A DNA stretch of 64,000 nucleotides from the IMG/VR virus record IMGVR_UViG_3300019850_000189, positions 96,001 to 160,000 of that record. One strand, written 5' to 3'. This document shows positions 47,753-57,362 of the stretch, one piece after another. The position numbers and the translations under genes are program-made. The stretch comes from a virus. The notes beneath the pieces are model-generated. The model was not told the DNA's origin. It did not search any database and saw nothing but the letters and a program-made list of their open reading frames with translations. Position 1 is the stretch's first letter. Every line of letters starts with the position of its first letter.

Positions 47753-48058
47753 ATGACACTTAATAAATATCAAAAACTTGCATGGAAGACTGCATTGTAT
47801 CCCAACAAGAAAAATAATCTTTATTATCCTTCCCTTGGTCTGGCAGGTAAATCTGGCGAAGTGTGTAATATAATCAAGAGAGCTATGCGGGATGACAATG
47901 GATTCTTAACAAAAGAAAAGAGAGAAAAACTTAAAAAGGAAATTGGGGATGTTCTGTGGTATGTTGCCGCGCTATGCAAAGAATTAGATCTGGAGATGGA
48001 AAAGGTTGCCGAGGTTAATATAAATAAGCTTCTTTCAAGAAAGAAAGAAAAGAAATAA
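47753..48058 (+). CDS. MazG-like NTP pyrophosphohydrolase
   Basis: YQ..A..TA.YP, LGLAG(K)SGEV, EIGDVLWY, N..KL.SR. Confidence 0.85.
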   Translation: MTLNKYQKLAWKTALYPNKKNNLYYPSLGLAGKSGEVCNIIKRAMRDDNGFLTKEKREKLKKEIGDVLWYVAALCKELDLEMEKVAEVNINKLLSRKKEKK

Positions 48059-48082
48059 TATTCAGGGAAGTGGTGATGATAG

Positions 48083-48511
48083 ATGAACAGCACTATCAAA
48101 AAGCATGGCAAGATCATATTTAGGTCCAGCCTGGCTGTACGATTAGATTCGCATCCAATTATTTATGCGGTATCATTCAATGATAACCCACAAGATGCCG
48201 AGTGGCAATTATATAGCTATGAAGAAGAAAAATTGTATCCGGCCAAATTCACCAACGTATATAGATTTTACAATGAAATGGCCTGTGTAGTCACGAGATC
48301 AAAACCGCAATACCAATACAACTTTGTAAATAAAAAAGCAGAACTTATTTTTCCAATTGATTTTGACAGTGTGGAAAAAACCCTCTTTATAAAACCCGTA
48401 ATGGGGGCCTTTGTTAATGACAAGCACTTTCAAATAGCCATAACCGGCGGAATTAATGCCACCAAAAAGGAACTGGCGAAACTTCTCTTGGAGTATCATG
48501 ATGCACACTAA
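48083..48511 (+). CDS. hypothetical protein with a WG/KWG-like repeat unit
   Basis: FYNEMACV...YNFVNKKAELIFPIDFD. Confidence 0.5.
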   Translation: MNSTIKKHGKIIFRSSLAVRLDSHPIIYAVSFNDNPQDAEWQLYSYEEEKLYPAKFTNVYRFYNEMACVVTRSKPQYQYNFVNKKAELIFPIDFDSVEKTLFIKPVMGAFVNDKHFQIAITGGINATKKELAKLLLEYHDAH

Positions 48512-48664
48512 TAAAACATCCAAGCGCGGCCCCGGAGCAATTAGCCCACAGGGACCGGCGGAATCAATACCACCAAAAAGGAACTGGCAAAACGTCTCTT
48601 GGAGTATTATGATGCCCGTTAATAAAATATCTACGCGCGGGCCCGGAGCAACTAGGCCACAGGG
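48443..48664. repeat. 111-bp imperfect tandem duplication
   Basis: ACCGGCGGAAT...CCACAGGG at 48443 and 48554. Confidence 0.9.
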
Positions 48665-48930
48665 GCCACCGCCTCCAGGTCAAAAACGCGATGGCGGCCG
48701 CATCGGAATATTGTCAATACGCGGCAGCATGATTACGCTCAATAATGAAGATGTTGGCAGTACTAAAGATCTATCCAAGACTATGAAAAAGCTCCAAAGC
48801 ATTATTGCTAAAAAATTACTGAAAGAATAAATGCTAATCATTTTACAATGGTGCCATTCACTTTCCAGAACTTTATTTAATCCTTTACAAAACCTCCATA
48901 TTGTGATAATATATAATTAGGAGTTAAAAA

Positions 48931-49122
48931 ATGATAAAAGATGAAACAAGATTAGAAGCGGAGATGGAGTTTGAAATTATTGAACATAATAATTATAGTC
49001 CGTCTCAGGAACTTAATGCTGAAGCTGATATTGAGCTAGAAGCTATCCGAAATGAGTTTTACCCTTACAACTCTAATGATGAGTTGAATGCTGAAGCATT
49101 AATGCAGATAGATTCATTATAA
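48931..49122 (+). CDS. small acidic protein sharing its 5' end with the Pol X gene
   Basis: MIKDETRLEAE vs MPKDGTRFLRLEAE; internal ELNAEA twice. Confidence 0.6.
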   Translation: MIKDETRLEAEMEFEIIEHNNYSPSQELNAEADIELEAIRNEFYPYNSNDELNAEALMQIDSL

Positions 49123-49129
49123 AATGTTC

Positions 49130-49158
49130 TTTACAAAATCTCCATATTGTGATATAAT
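49130..49158 (+). promoter_or_regulatory. sigma70-type promoter
   Basis: TTTACA-17 nt-TATAAT. Confidence 0.8.
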
Positions 49159-49177
49159 ATATAATTAGGAGGAGAAA

Positions 49178-49702
49178 ATGCCAAAAGATGGAACAAGATT
49201 TTTAAGATTAGAAGCGGAAAGAAAAATAAAACCTGTCATAGAGATGCTAAACAGAGCAGGATTTAAATATGAAATTTGTGGAAGTTGGCGAAGACAAAAA
49301 GAAGATTTAGGAGACATAGATATTTTAGTAGAAAAAGAAAGTGGAAAATATTTAGATCTTAGTAAATTGAACATAGACTGGTCAGGTGAAGAAAAAGTTG
49401 GATTTGAGATTGACGGAATGCATGTAGATATAAAATTTGTTCCCAAGGAAAGCTGGGGGGCTGGTCTTCTTCATCACACAGGTTCTAATGGGTTCAATAT
49501 TAAATTGAGATCAATGGCTAAGAAAAAGGGTTGGAAGCTTAATGAATATGGGTTATTTGATCGGGAAACAGGTGAAGTCATAGCCCAGAAAAGCGAGATA
49601 GAAATTCTGGAATGTCTCATGAATAAAGATTCAGCACAAAAACTTCTTAATCCAACAAAAAGGAAAACTCCAAATTGGGTAAAGAAATATTGGAAAATAT
49701 AA
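49178..49702 (+). CDS. minimal X-family DNA polymerase (palm + thumb)
   Basis: GSWRR, GDIDIL, VDI, HHTGS, LNEYGLF. Confidence 0.9.
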   Translation: MPKDGTRFLRLEAERKIKPVIEMLNRAGFKYEICGSWRRQKEDLGDIDILVEKESGKYLDLSKLNIDWSGEEKVGFEIDGMHVDIKFVPKESWGAGLLHHTGSNGFNIKLRSMAKKKGWKLNEYGLFDRETGEVIAQKSEIEILECLMNKDSAQKLLNPTKRKTPNWVKKYWKI

Positions 49703-49901
49703 TTTAAAAGGATAAATAGATGACTTTATTGAAAAAGATATTGTCAATATTTTTAATTTTTTTAGCAGGTGGAGTTACTGTTGCGAATCTTTCATATTTG
49801 CGATATCATGTACCAAGTCATTATCATGGCAGCTGGATAAAAGTTGCATGCGCTTGTTGTCTAGCTATAATTTTTGGAATATATATTGCAAGGGGGCATA
49901 A

Positions 49902-50252
49902 ATGAAAAAAGAACTACTATTTTCTGTGACTAAAAAGGATTTAAAGGTTGATTGGTTTTCCGGCAAGGGAGCCGGAGGACAATATAGGAATAAACACCAA
50001 AATTGCTGCAGGATAAGGCATAAAGATTCGGGCGCTATAGCGACAGCTCAGGAGGAAAGAAGCAGGAAGGCAAATTTGGCAAAAGCACTTAAGCGCTTAA
50101 CCGAGACTACAAAATACAAACTATGGACGAACAGGCGGATATACGAAATCTCAAAGCAGGCAAAAATTGATAAAGTGGAAATAGAAAGACAGGTTGAAGA
50201 GGCCATGAAGCCGGAGAATTTAAAAATTGAATGCTATGAAGCTGGAGAATAA
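49902..50252 (+). CDS. peptidyl-tRNA hydrolase / release factor-like GGQ domain protein
   Basis: GKGAGGQYRNK...RIRH..SG......ERS...N...AL.RL. Confidence 0.88.
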   Translation: MKKELLFSVTKKDLKVDWFSGKGAGGQYRNKHQNCCRIRHKDSGAIATAQEERSRKANLAKALKRLTETTKYKLWTNRRIYEISKQAKIDKVEIERQVEEAMKPENLKIECYEAGE

Positions 50253-51276
50253 TATGAAAAATATAAAAGAACAAACCGAAAGTTTAACATTTTGGACAAC
50301 CGGAGAAAACATGACCAGGGTCCTCAGGGATTTCTGGGAGGAAAGAAACTGCATACACGCATTCGAGACTGCAAAAGAGGGTCTCGGAATGAATGAGGAT
50401 CAGGCTATTGATTTATTTGAAGGTAAAATGAAACTCTCTGGAGATACCCGCAAAGATCCTGATCTTCGTTTCATAAATGATAACTATAATGGAATTAGTG
50501 TTGATGATATGATGAATTGGTTTGAACGAAAGTACATTGAGATTAGAACTGATAAACTAAAAGATGATCTCAGTCTTAGAAATAACATGATTAAATATCT
50601 TAACGTTGGCAAAGGCCTTGAAATACGCGATACGCAGCGAGATGCTAAAAATGCTTCCCTCCAGATGGAAAGGAAAACTTTCGAGTATCTCAGAAATTTA
50701 ATGTTTCTCTATAATATAACCAATAGGGCCATTGCAGATTTTGAAGTTAAAGTTGAAGAAGCATTAAGAGATGCGGAGTTCAGTAAAGAAGCAAGTTATA
50801 TAAAAGATGATATGGATGCTCAGAATGCAAAGGTGCTTTTTGATGCTTCATTACGAAAGCTCAATAGTAGCATAGTCGCTGCTCCTAAGACGGTGGATGA
50901 ATTTATTGAAAATGAGAAAAAAATAGATGAGCTTGAAGCGATAAAAGGGAAGCCAAAGGATTCTTCTTCCGGATGGCTCAGTCCAGCTGGAGATTTTTAT
51001 CCCTGCCCTTACTTGGGGCATATAGCTCTTGCAAGTAAGCTGGCAGAAGGAATTGTGGAAGGTGTTACTGATGAGCATGATTTAGAGCTAAAGAAATGGG
51101 TTAAAATATCCTCATTTAGGATATATAATTTGGACGGCCATTTCACGAATAAGCAGAAGAATTTTATATTCGATTTCGCAATAGCACATAAATTAGACAA
51201 AATCAGAATAAATGTGACTTTAGTAGATACTAAAAAATTGTTTGATCATTTTGATACGAAAGCTGGAACATTATAA
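50227..51276 (+). CDS. hypothetical protein
   Basis: Long ORF; C-terminal GWLSP.G..YPC...H motif. Confidence 0.7.
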   Translation: MNAMKLENNMKNIKEQTESLTFWTTGENMTRVLRDFWEERNCIHAFETAKEGLGMNEDQAIDLFEGKMKLSGDTRKDPDLRFINDNYNGISVDDMMNWFERKYIEIRTDKLKDDLSLRNNMIKYLNVGKGLEIRDTQRDAKNASLQMERKTFEYLRNLMFLYNITNRAIADFEVKVEEALRDAEFSKEASYIKDDMDAQNAKVLFDASLRKLNSSIVAAPKTVDEFIENEKKIDELEAIKGKPKDSSSGWLSPAGDFYPCPYLGHIALASKLAEGIVEGVTDEHDLELKKWVKISSFRIYNLDGHFTNKQKNFIFDFAIAHKLDKIRINVTLVDTKKLFDHFDTKAGTL

Positions 51277-52309
51277 ATAAAAATGAAGAAATCAAAAGAT
51301 AAATGAGATCGTACAGAAGGAGATAAGAAAGCAATAATAGCCTATAGGAAAATACGGAGCAATATTAAACAATGGATATAGAAAAAAAACAAATTAAAGA
51401 AGATGATAGAGGAAAGATGGCCAAGGAGAAAACCGCTAGAGCCAAGAGATTTTTAAATCCAGTCAGCTCGACCGCTGAAGATGTTATTCGCCTGGCGGCA
51501 GAGGAATACAAAAAAGAGCTCGATGCCAAAATGATTGAAAAAATACGGACCAAAGATCATACATATGCCGAAAAGAAAGATTAAAGCCGGCAATATATAT
51601 ATGTCTAATTTGGTTCTGAGGCCTTCTCCAGATTGGAATATATACAAAGTATTAAACCGCAGAAAAACGAATAATGGTGATTACATTTATAGAGTCCGGG
51701 TTGCAACTGCAACTGGTTTCAAATCTAAAATAGCTATCTGGAGTGATAGAAGGTTTAAAGCTAAATTGTCAAACAAAATAATAATACCGGCTGATAAAAC
51801 AACTATTTCCAAGAGATTATTAACTCATGACCGCAAATGAAATCATGCTTAATTCTATTGTTGGCAAGTGGTTCCAAAGAATTTATCCGGAGCGGCGCAC
51901 AGAATATCTTTTTGCTAACAAGCTTCAGTTCGGTGGGATACAGATGATTAGTTATCATGCCGACATAGGAAAAATGTCAAAGCAGCACTGGCAAAAGATG
52001 CCGAGTTTTCGCTCACTAGAATTGATCGAAGATCCTAAGATGATTAAAAAGCTGAATAGCAAAAAAGCATTATATTTACTAAAAGAAAGCAATAAGAATG
52101 AAATTAAAGAGGGTTGATTTAAGCAATTGCGATTTTAAATATGTTAAGCCATAACTCAACCTGGCTATCATAGTTATTATTTTGATTTAAGCTTTCTCAT
52201 TCTATGCAATTAAGTGGTGGATTGGATAACAAAATATATAACTATTTCGAAGAGATGCATGAAATAATAGATCCATCTATCAAAGGAGGAGTGGCAAAGG
52301 AGATACTAA

Positions 52310-52615
52310 ATGAAAGTACATGGACTTAAATGCAGATCTTGCGGCGATATCATATACAGTCGCGCGCCGCACGATTTACATTATTGCTCATGTGGCAATT
52401 TTTTTGTAGATGGCGGCCAGGAGAATGATGGCTATAGATATGGGTGGAGTAATATCTATGAGAATTCTTTTGAACTTGTAAGTCTTGAGATAGATGTAAC
52501 CAAAACAGAATTGTATTCTGACTGGAATAATGATATAAACAAATATGGTTGGATATATGGGAAGGATACACCTAAAAGAAAAAAATTCGTAGCTAAGAGG
52601 TTCTTAAAGCAATAA
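52310..52615 (+). CDS. Cys/His-rich zinc-binding phage protein
   Basis: KCRSCGDII.S...HD...CSCG...VDGG. Confidence 0.75.
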   Translation: MKVHGLKCRSCGDIIYSRAPHDLHYCSCGNFFVDGGQENDGYRYGWSNIYENSFELVSLEIDVTKTELYSDWNNDINKYGWIYGKDTPKRKKFVAKRFLKQ

Positions 52616-54088
52616 ACGGATTCAATTTATAAGAAAGATAAAAATGAGAGCGGTTAATGTTTTCGTCAGTATCTTTTTGCTTTGGTGTTACCCGTCAGTG
52701 TTAAGTTTACATCTCGGATACAAAGAAATACATTTAATGAAGATGAATAACTTGTCGTTATAACATATATATAAATAAGAATGATTTGATGAGGAGTCAA
52801 AAATGGAAGCTAATCTTCAAGTCTCATTTAATTTAACCAAAAATGTAGATGACTATGAGAGTGTAAAAATCCAGGGTGGAATAGCGATTCCAATTGAAAT
52901 AGAAAATGAAGATGATTATAGACAGCAGTTTACGCAATGGCTTCGAGTTATTCAGAAAGAAGTAGTAAATGAAACCCACAAATATTATCAAGCCGTTCAA
53001 AAAATAAAATTCGAAAAATTCGAAAAGCACAAAAGAGATGATCTTAAATAAGAGTGCTCCAAAAGAAATAAAAACTAAATTAGCCAAATTTTTTCTGGGT
53101 AAGCAAGCACAGGGATATTGGATGAAATGCAGAATGACTCCACGCCAAGGGGAGCCTTCTTTGTTAAATTCACCGCATTATGCTACTTTGGGCACTATCA
53201 TATATATAGATATAGATTACTCACCATATAAAATGATACTTAATGGCTGGCTGCCATGCATAGGCATATCAAGTACTGCATTGAGCAAATCGTTGGATAT
53301 TAGCTTTCTAAATGGAGATATTCCAGATCTTTCTGATGGGCGGCCACTAACATGAACACTATGTTAGCTATATACATAGTTACTGGAATTATAGCATTCC
53401 TTTTAAGTATGTCAGTATTGTTAGTAATATCCGGTATATCGATGATCGCTATTGAATTAGTAGAAAGGTTTATAAGGTCTATTAGAAGAAAACGTCTTCA
53501 TCGCAAATCGCCCAAACACTTTGATCAAAAATCAGTGATGGGCAATAGTAGTATTAAATTTTTTGATTGATGCAAATGGCTTTTCAGTGCCTATTGCCAC
53601 CCTTTGTCTCATTTTTTTTTCTACATATGCCCAATCTAAAAATGGCATTTGTTTATTCATCCTGATATCTGTCAATTGCCTGAATAAACCTTCCAATGTT
53701 TCGGTAGTGAACATTTTTCCTTGGCAGTATGCAAACCACTTCATTGTGGCGGCTCCGCCCATAATATCATGGATAATAGTATCAGGGGCTAGACCAACAA
53801 TAAGATCTTTCCTCTTGTCTACAATAATTGCTCTCTGTTTTAAATAATATGTATTTTTCAAATCTTTTTTACCAATTGTCTCATTTAAATTCATTTTCAA
53901 TTTCCTCTGAGTACTTGAGAAAATGTATATACATCGCTCGGAAAACATCCTCATATTTTTGATTGTTTAATTTGGGATGAGATTCGGCATATCTTTTAAC
54001 CTGATTGGCGTGTATATATACATCGAGCTTCTTGGTTAGGTGTCTTGCTAATTTAGTATAATCTATCATATTTACTCCTTGAATTGTT

Positions 54089-54289
54089 TTATTTTTTTGG
54101 CATAAGTTTCTGAATCCTAAACTTGTATAATTTTTTTTCGCCCTTGTTTGTTATAACTGTAGGCTGGTTATTTTTGTCTTTATCGAAGCCCTTTACCTCG
54201 GCCTTTTTATTTTTGAATTTGCCCGTTAATATTATATCTCCTATCTTGATGTCGTTTTGTTTCTCTTTGAGTGCCTGTTTAAATTTCAT
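54089..54289 (-). CDS. small KOW-like protein
   Basis: IKIGDIILTGKFKNKK..VK.F.KD..NQP. Confidence 0.65.
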   Translation of the reverse strand: MKFKQALKEKQNDIKIGDIILTGKFKNKKAEVKGFDKDKNNQPTVITNKGEKKLYKFRIQKLMPKK

Positions 54290-54490
54290 ATGTTCTAACC
54301 CTGAACAGAATAATATTCATCTGCCAAATATCTATATTATCTTGGCGCATATACCCGCGTGAAGGGAAAAACCAAACTTGCCAATGCAAATAATAGAATT
54401 AGTTCTAATTGTGTCCCCAAAGATAATATAAAGTTAAATAAAAATGGATAAAACTATGAAATTCAAATTAGTATCGTTGGTAAAAAGAAA

Positions 54491-54907
54491 ATGAACTTAA
54501 AACAATTCCTAACAGAACTCGCATTGACGCTGACAGCTAAAACCCCTATAGGCAAAAAGCTCAAGCAGTATAGAGGCGTTAATTACATTGTATTAGGAGA
54601 AAATGAGCCTCCTGATGTTCATGGTATTCCAAAACAATTGGAAGCTTATGGCCGCGGCTGGCTTAATCCAGATGGCCGAATTGAGGTAGATGGCGGGTCT
54701 CATGGCTCGGCCCAGGGCCATCCAAACAGAGCATCTCAAGGCTTTTATTGGGGCGCAGACTACGATAAAGCCTGGCGATCTCCTGATGGGAAAATGCTCA
54801 AGGGAGTAATTTATGTTAGAGGGCGCGCCGGCACAGATGAAAATTGGATAAAGCGAAGCATATATACTATTCTTAATTTGATTTTCAACAGACTACCAAG
54901 ACCTTGA
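54491..54907 (+). CDS. hypothetical protein, possible capsid-internal protein
   Basis: MNLKQFLTE N-terminus. Confidence 0.65.
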   Translation: MNLKQFLTELALTLTAKTPIGKKLKQYRGVNYIVLGENEPPDVHGIPKQLEAYGRGWLNPDGRIEVDGGSHGSAQGHPNRASQGFYWGADYDKAWRSPDGKMLKGVIYVRGRAGTDENWIKRSIYTILNLIFNRLPRP

Positions 54908-55261
54908 AAATGGTACCAGGATATCCACCTGGCTCAAAAGAAAGACACTTATGTCTAAATACGGAGAGGTATTCAAATCATGATTAAACTAGGCAAAGCT
55001 TATCCTGTAATATCAAAATCTTCTTCTTCACCGTATCAAAGATTAATAGTGATACCATTTGCGCACATTACAGGCACTATGTATCCTAAACAGCTATATA
55101 CCTCTTATATATATCAATTGGATGATAATAAATTCTACAGTGCCCCTATTGTCATGACCACGAATCATATTCCACTTAAGAAAGTCAAGCTAGCCGAAAA
55201 ACAAAGCATGATAAAAAAAATATTCCGCAATGAAGACATTTTCAAGAGCTGGCATTAAGCC

Positions 55262-55290
55262 TTTACAAACATTACTAAAAGCTGTATAAT
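55262..55290 (+). promoter_or_regulatory. sigma70-type promoter
   Basis: TTTACA-17 nt-TATAAT upstream of ORF 55297 and Topo IB. Confidence 0.8.
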
Positions 55291-55610
55291 ATAAATATGA
55301 GAAGATATTTTCATGCACCGGGTTATATTCTAGATGGCAAATTAGATCAGAACTGCGGCCGAGTAATATTATATGATGGATTGATACTGGTTTCTCGAAA
55401 TGTAGCAAATGATCATAACGATTTGCTAAGAGCTTTTGCCAGGCGGTATAACTTTAAACCAAGATATGTTATTTCAAATGCTATTCGAATGTATTACAAA
55501 TATATTCCCGAGGAAGAAGCATATGTAATTTGCGGAGTTCGCCGGATCGACGATGAACTTTTTCTAAAAGATTCAAAGATCTATTCAATATTAATCAAGG
55601 AAGAGTTGAA

Positions 55611-57362
55611 ATGAAGACTGATAATAAAGTAAAATGGAGACAGCTTTCTTATAATGGCCCATCATTCCCCCAAATTTACCAGTTAAAAGGCTACGAAATT
55701 CCGATCAATATGCCATGGTTTGATGATAAGCCAATTAAGGTTAAATTCCCATCAAATATTGAAGAAATGCTTTATCATTGGGCATCTAAAACAAATACGC
55801 AATATGTAAAGGATCCTGTATTTAGAGATAACTTCTTTAAAGATCTTAAAGCGGCTGTCCAAACAGTTTTTATTTCAATGCTACATGAGGCAATGAAAGC
55901 CAAGTTCCCAGACGACTGGGATTTTTCAGTAATAGTTTCCGCTATTGAAAAGAAAAAAGAAGCCAGGAAAAACAGAACCAAAGAAGAGAAGGAAAAAGCC
56001 AAGCTTGAAACAGCAGCTCGGAAAGAAAAATATGGATATGCTATGATGGATGGCCATCGTATAGAAATAATGAATTACACTGTTGAGCCACCTGGTATTT
56101 TCATGGGAAGAGGAAAAAATCCGTTAAGGGGAAGATGGAAGTCACGAATTTATCCCAATGATGTAACGCTTAATTTGAGCAAAGACGCGCCAATTCCAGT
56201 TCCTGATGTTCCTGAGTATATTAGTACTAAATGGAAGAACATAGTCAACAAGCAGGATGCAATGTGGCCGGCTTTCTGGCTTGATAAATTAACAGGAAAT
56301 TACAAGTATGTTATGCCAAGCCCGAAGTCATATATTCGGCAGCAGAAGGATATAGAGAAATTTGAAAAAGCCATGCGGCTAATAAAAAAAATGCCTGAAG
56401 CTATCGAGTTTATTAGTAAAAGAATGCAAACAAAGTTTGATAGAGAACCCGCAACAGTCTGTAGTTTAATAGCTCATATGGGGTTAAGAGTGGGTGATGA
56501 AAAGGACATCGACAGTGAAGCCGAAACTTATGGGGCAACAACATTGTTAAAGAAGCATATTCAAATTAAAGAGAATTTCGTATATTTCAATTTTATTGGC
56601 AAAGACAGTATTCTATACAAAGAAAAAGTTGAGCTTCCAGATCTTACAGTCAAGAATCTTAAAAGCATTATTAAATTCAAAAAACCTAATGAGCAGGTGT
56701 TCAACGTGACATCCAATGACATCAATGAACTTCTTGGCAAATTCATGCCTGGGCTTACCGCCAAAGTTTTTAGAACTGCTATAGCAACCGCGATAATGGA
56801 GAATTATCTTAAACAACATAAAATTAAAAATGCAAGCACCTTGGAAAAAATCAAAGTTTTTAAAGAGGCCAATATTTTGGTAGCTCAGAAACTTAATCAT
56901 CGTAAGACACCAACAGAGAGTGCCATTAATAGCATCTCCAATAAAGAAAATAAATTAGCTGAGATAAACAAGATCCTAAAAACAATGAAGAAAACGGGCA
57001 AAATTGAAATTGTCAGAGCTCTGAAAGAAAAACGTAAAAAGGTTGCAGGATATAAAAAGAAATACAAGAATTCAAGATTAAGGAATGCTATATCCAGAGC
57101 CAATAGTTCTTACGGTGCCAAGAAAAGAAAATGGAAAAATCGAATTAAGAAGCTTGAGGATAGAAAGAATAAGCTTGACTTTCAGTTGGACTTGCAAAAG
57201 AAGACGTTGGATCTTAATCTTGGGACATCACTCACTTCATATGTAAATCCCAGAGTAACTTTTGGATGGGCTAAATCAATAAACCTTGAACTAAGACATA
57301 TATATACAAAAGCAAATATTGAGAGATTTGGCTGGGCCCAGAAAAAGCACAATGTCCTATGA
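55611..57362 (+). CDS. DNA topoisomerase IB, long eukaryote/archaea-like form
   Basis: KWRQLSYNGP.F...Y, EPPGIFMGRG, LRVGDEK, GKDSI, AKVFRT, ANILVAQKLNH, GTSLTSYVNPR. Confidence 0.93.
   Translation: MKTDNKVKWRQLSYNGPSFPQIYQLKGYEIPINMPWFDDKPIKVKFPSNIEEMLYHWASKTNTQYVKDPVFRDNFFKDLKAAVQTVFISMLHEAMKAKFPDDWDFSVIVSAIEKKKEARKNRTKEEKEKAKLETAARKEKYGYAMMDGHRIEIMNYTVEPPGIFMGRGKNPLRGRWKSRIYPNDVTLNLSKDAPIPVPDVPEYISTKWKNIVNKQDAMWPAFWLDKLTGNYKYVMPSPKSYIRQQKDIEKFEKAMRLIKKMPEAIEFISKRMQTKFDREPATVCSLIAHMGLRVGDEKDIDSEAETYGATTLLKKHIQIKENFVYFNFIGKDSILYKEKVELPDLTVKNLKSIIKFKKPNEQVFNVTSNDINELLGKFMPGLTAKVFRTAIATAIMENYLKQHKIKNASTLEKIKVFKEANILVAQKLNHRKTPTESAINSISNKENKLAEINKILKTMKKTGKIEIVRALKEKRKKVAGYKKKYKNSRLRNAISRANSSYGAKKRKWKNRIKKLEDRKNKLDFQLDLQKKTLDLNLGTSLTSYVNPRVTFGWAKSINLELRHIYTKANIERFGWAQKKHNVL

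Noticed and set aside
51593-51605. Minus-strand ACATATATA copy
   Set aside because: It lies inside a plus-strand ORF with no convincing downstream minus-strand gene; probably chance.
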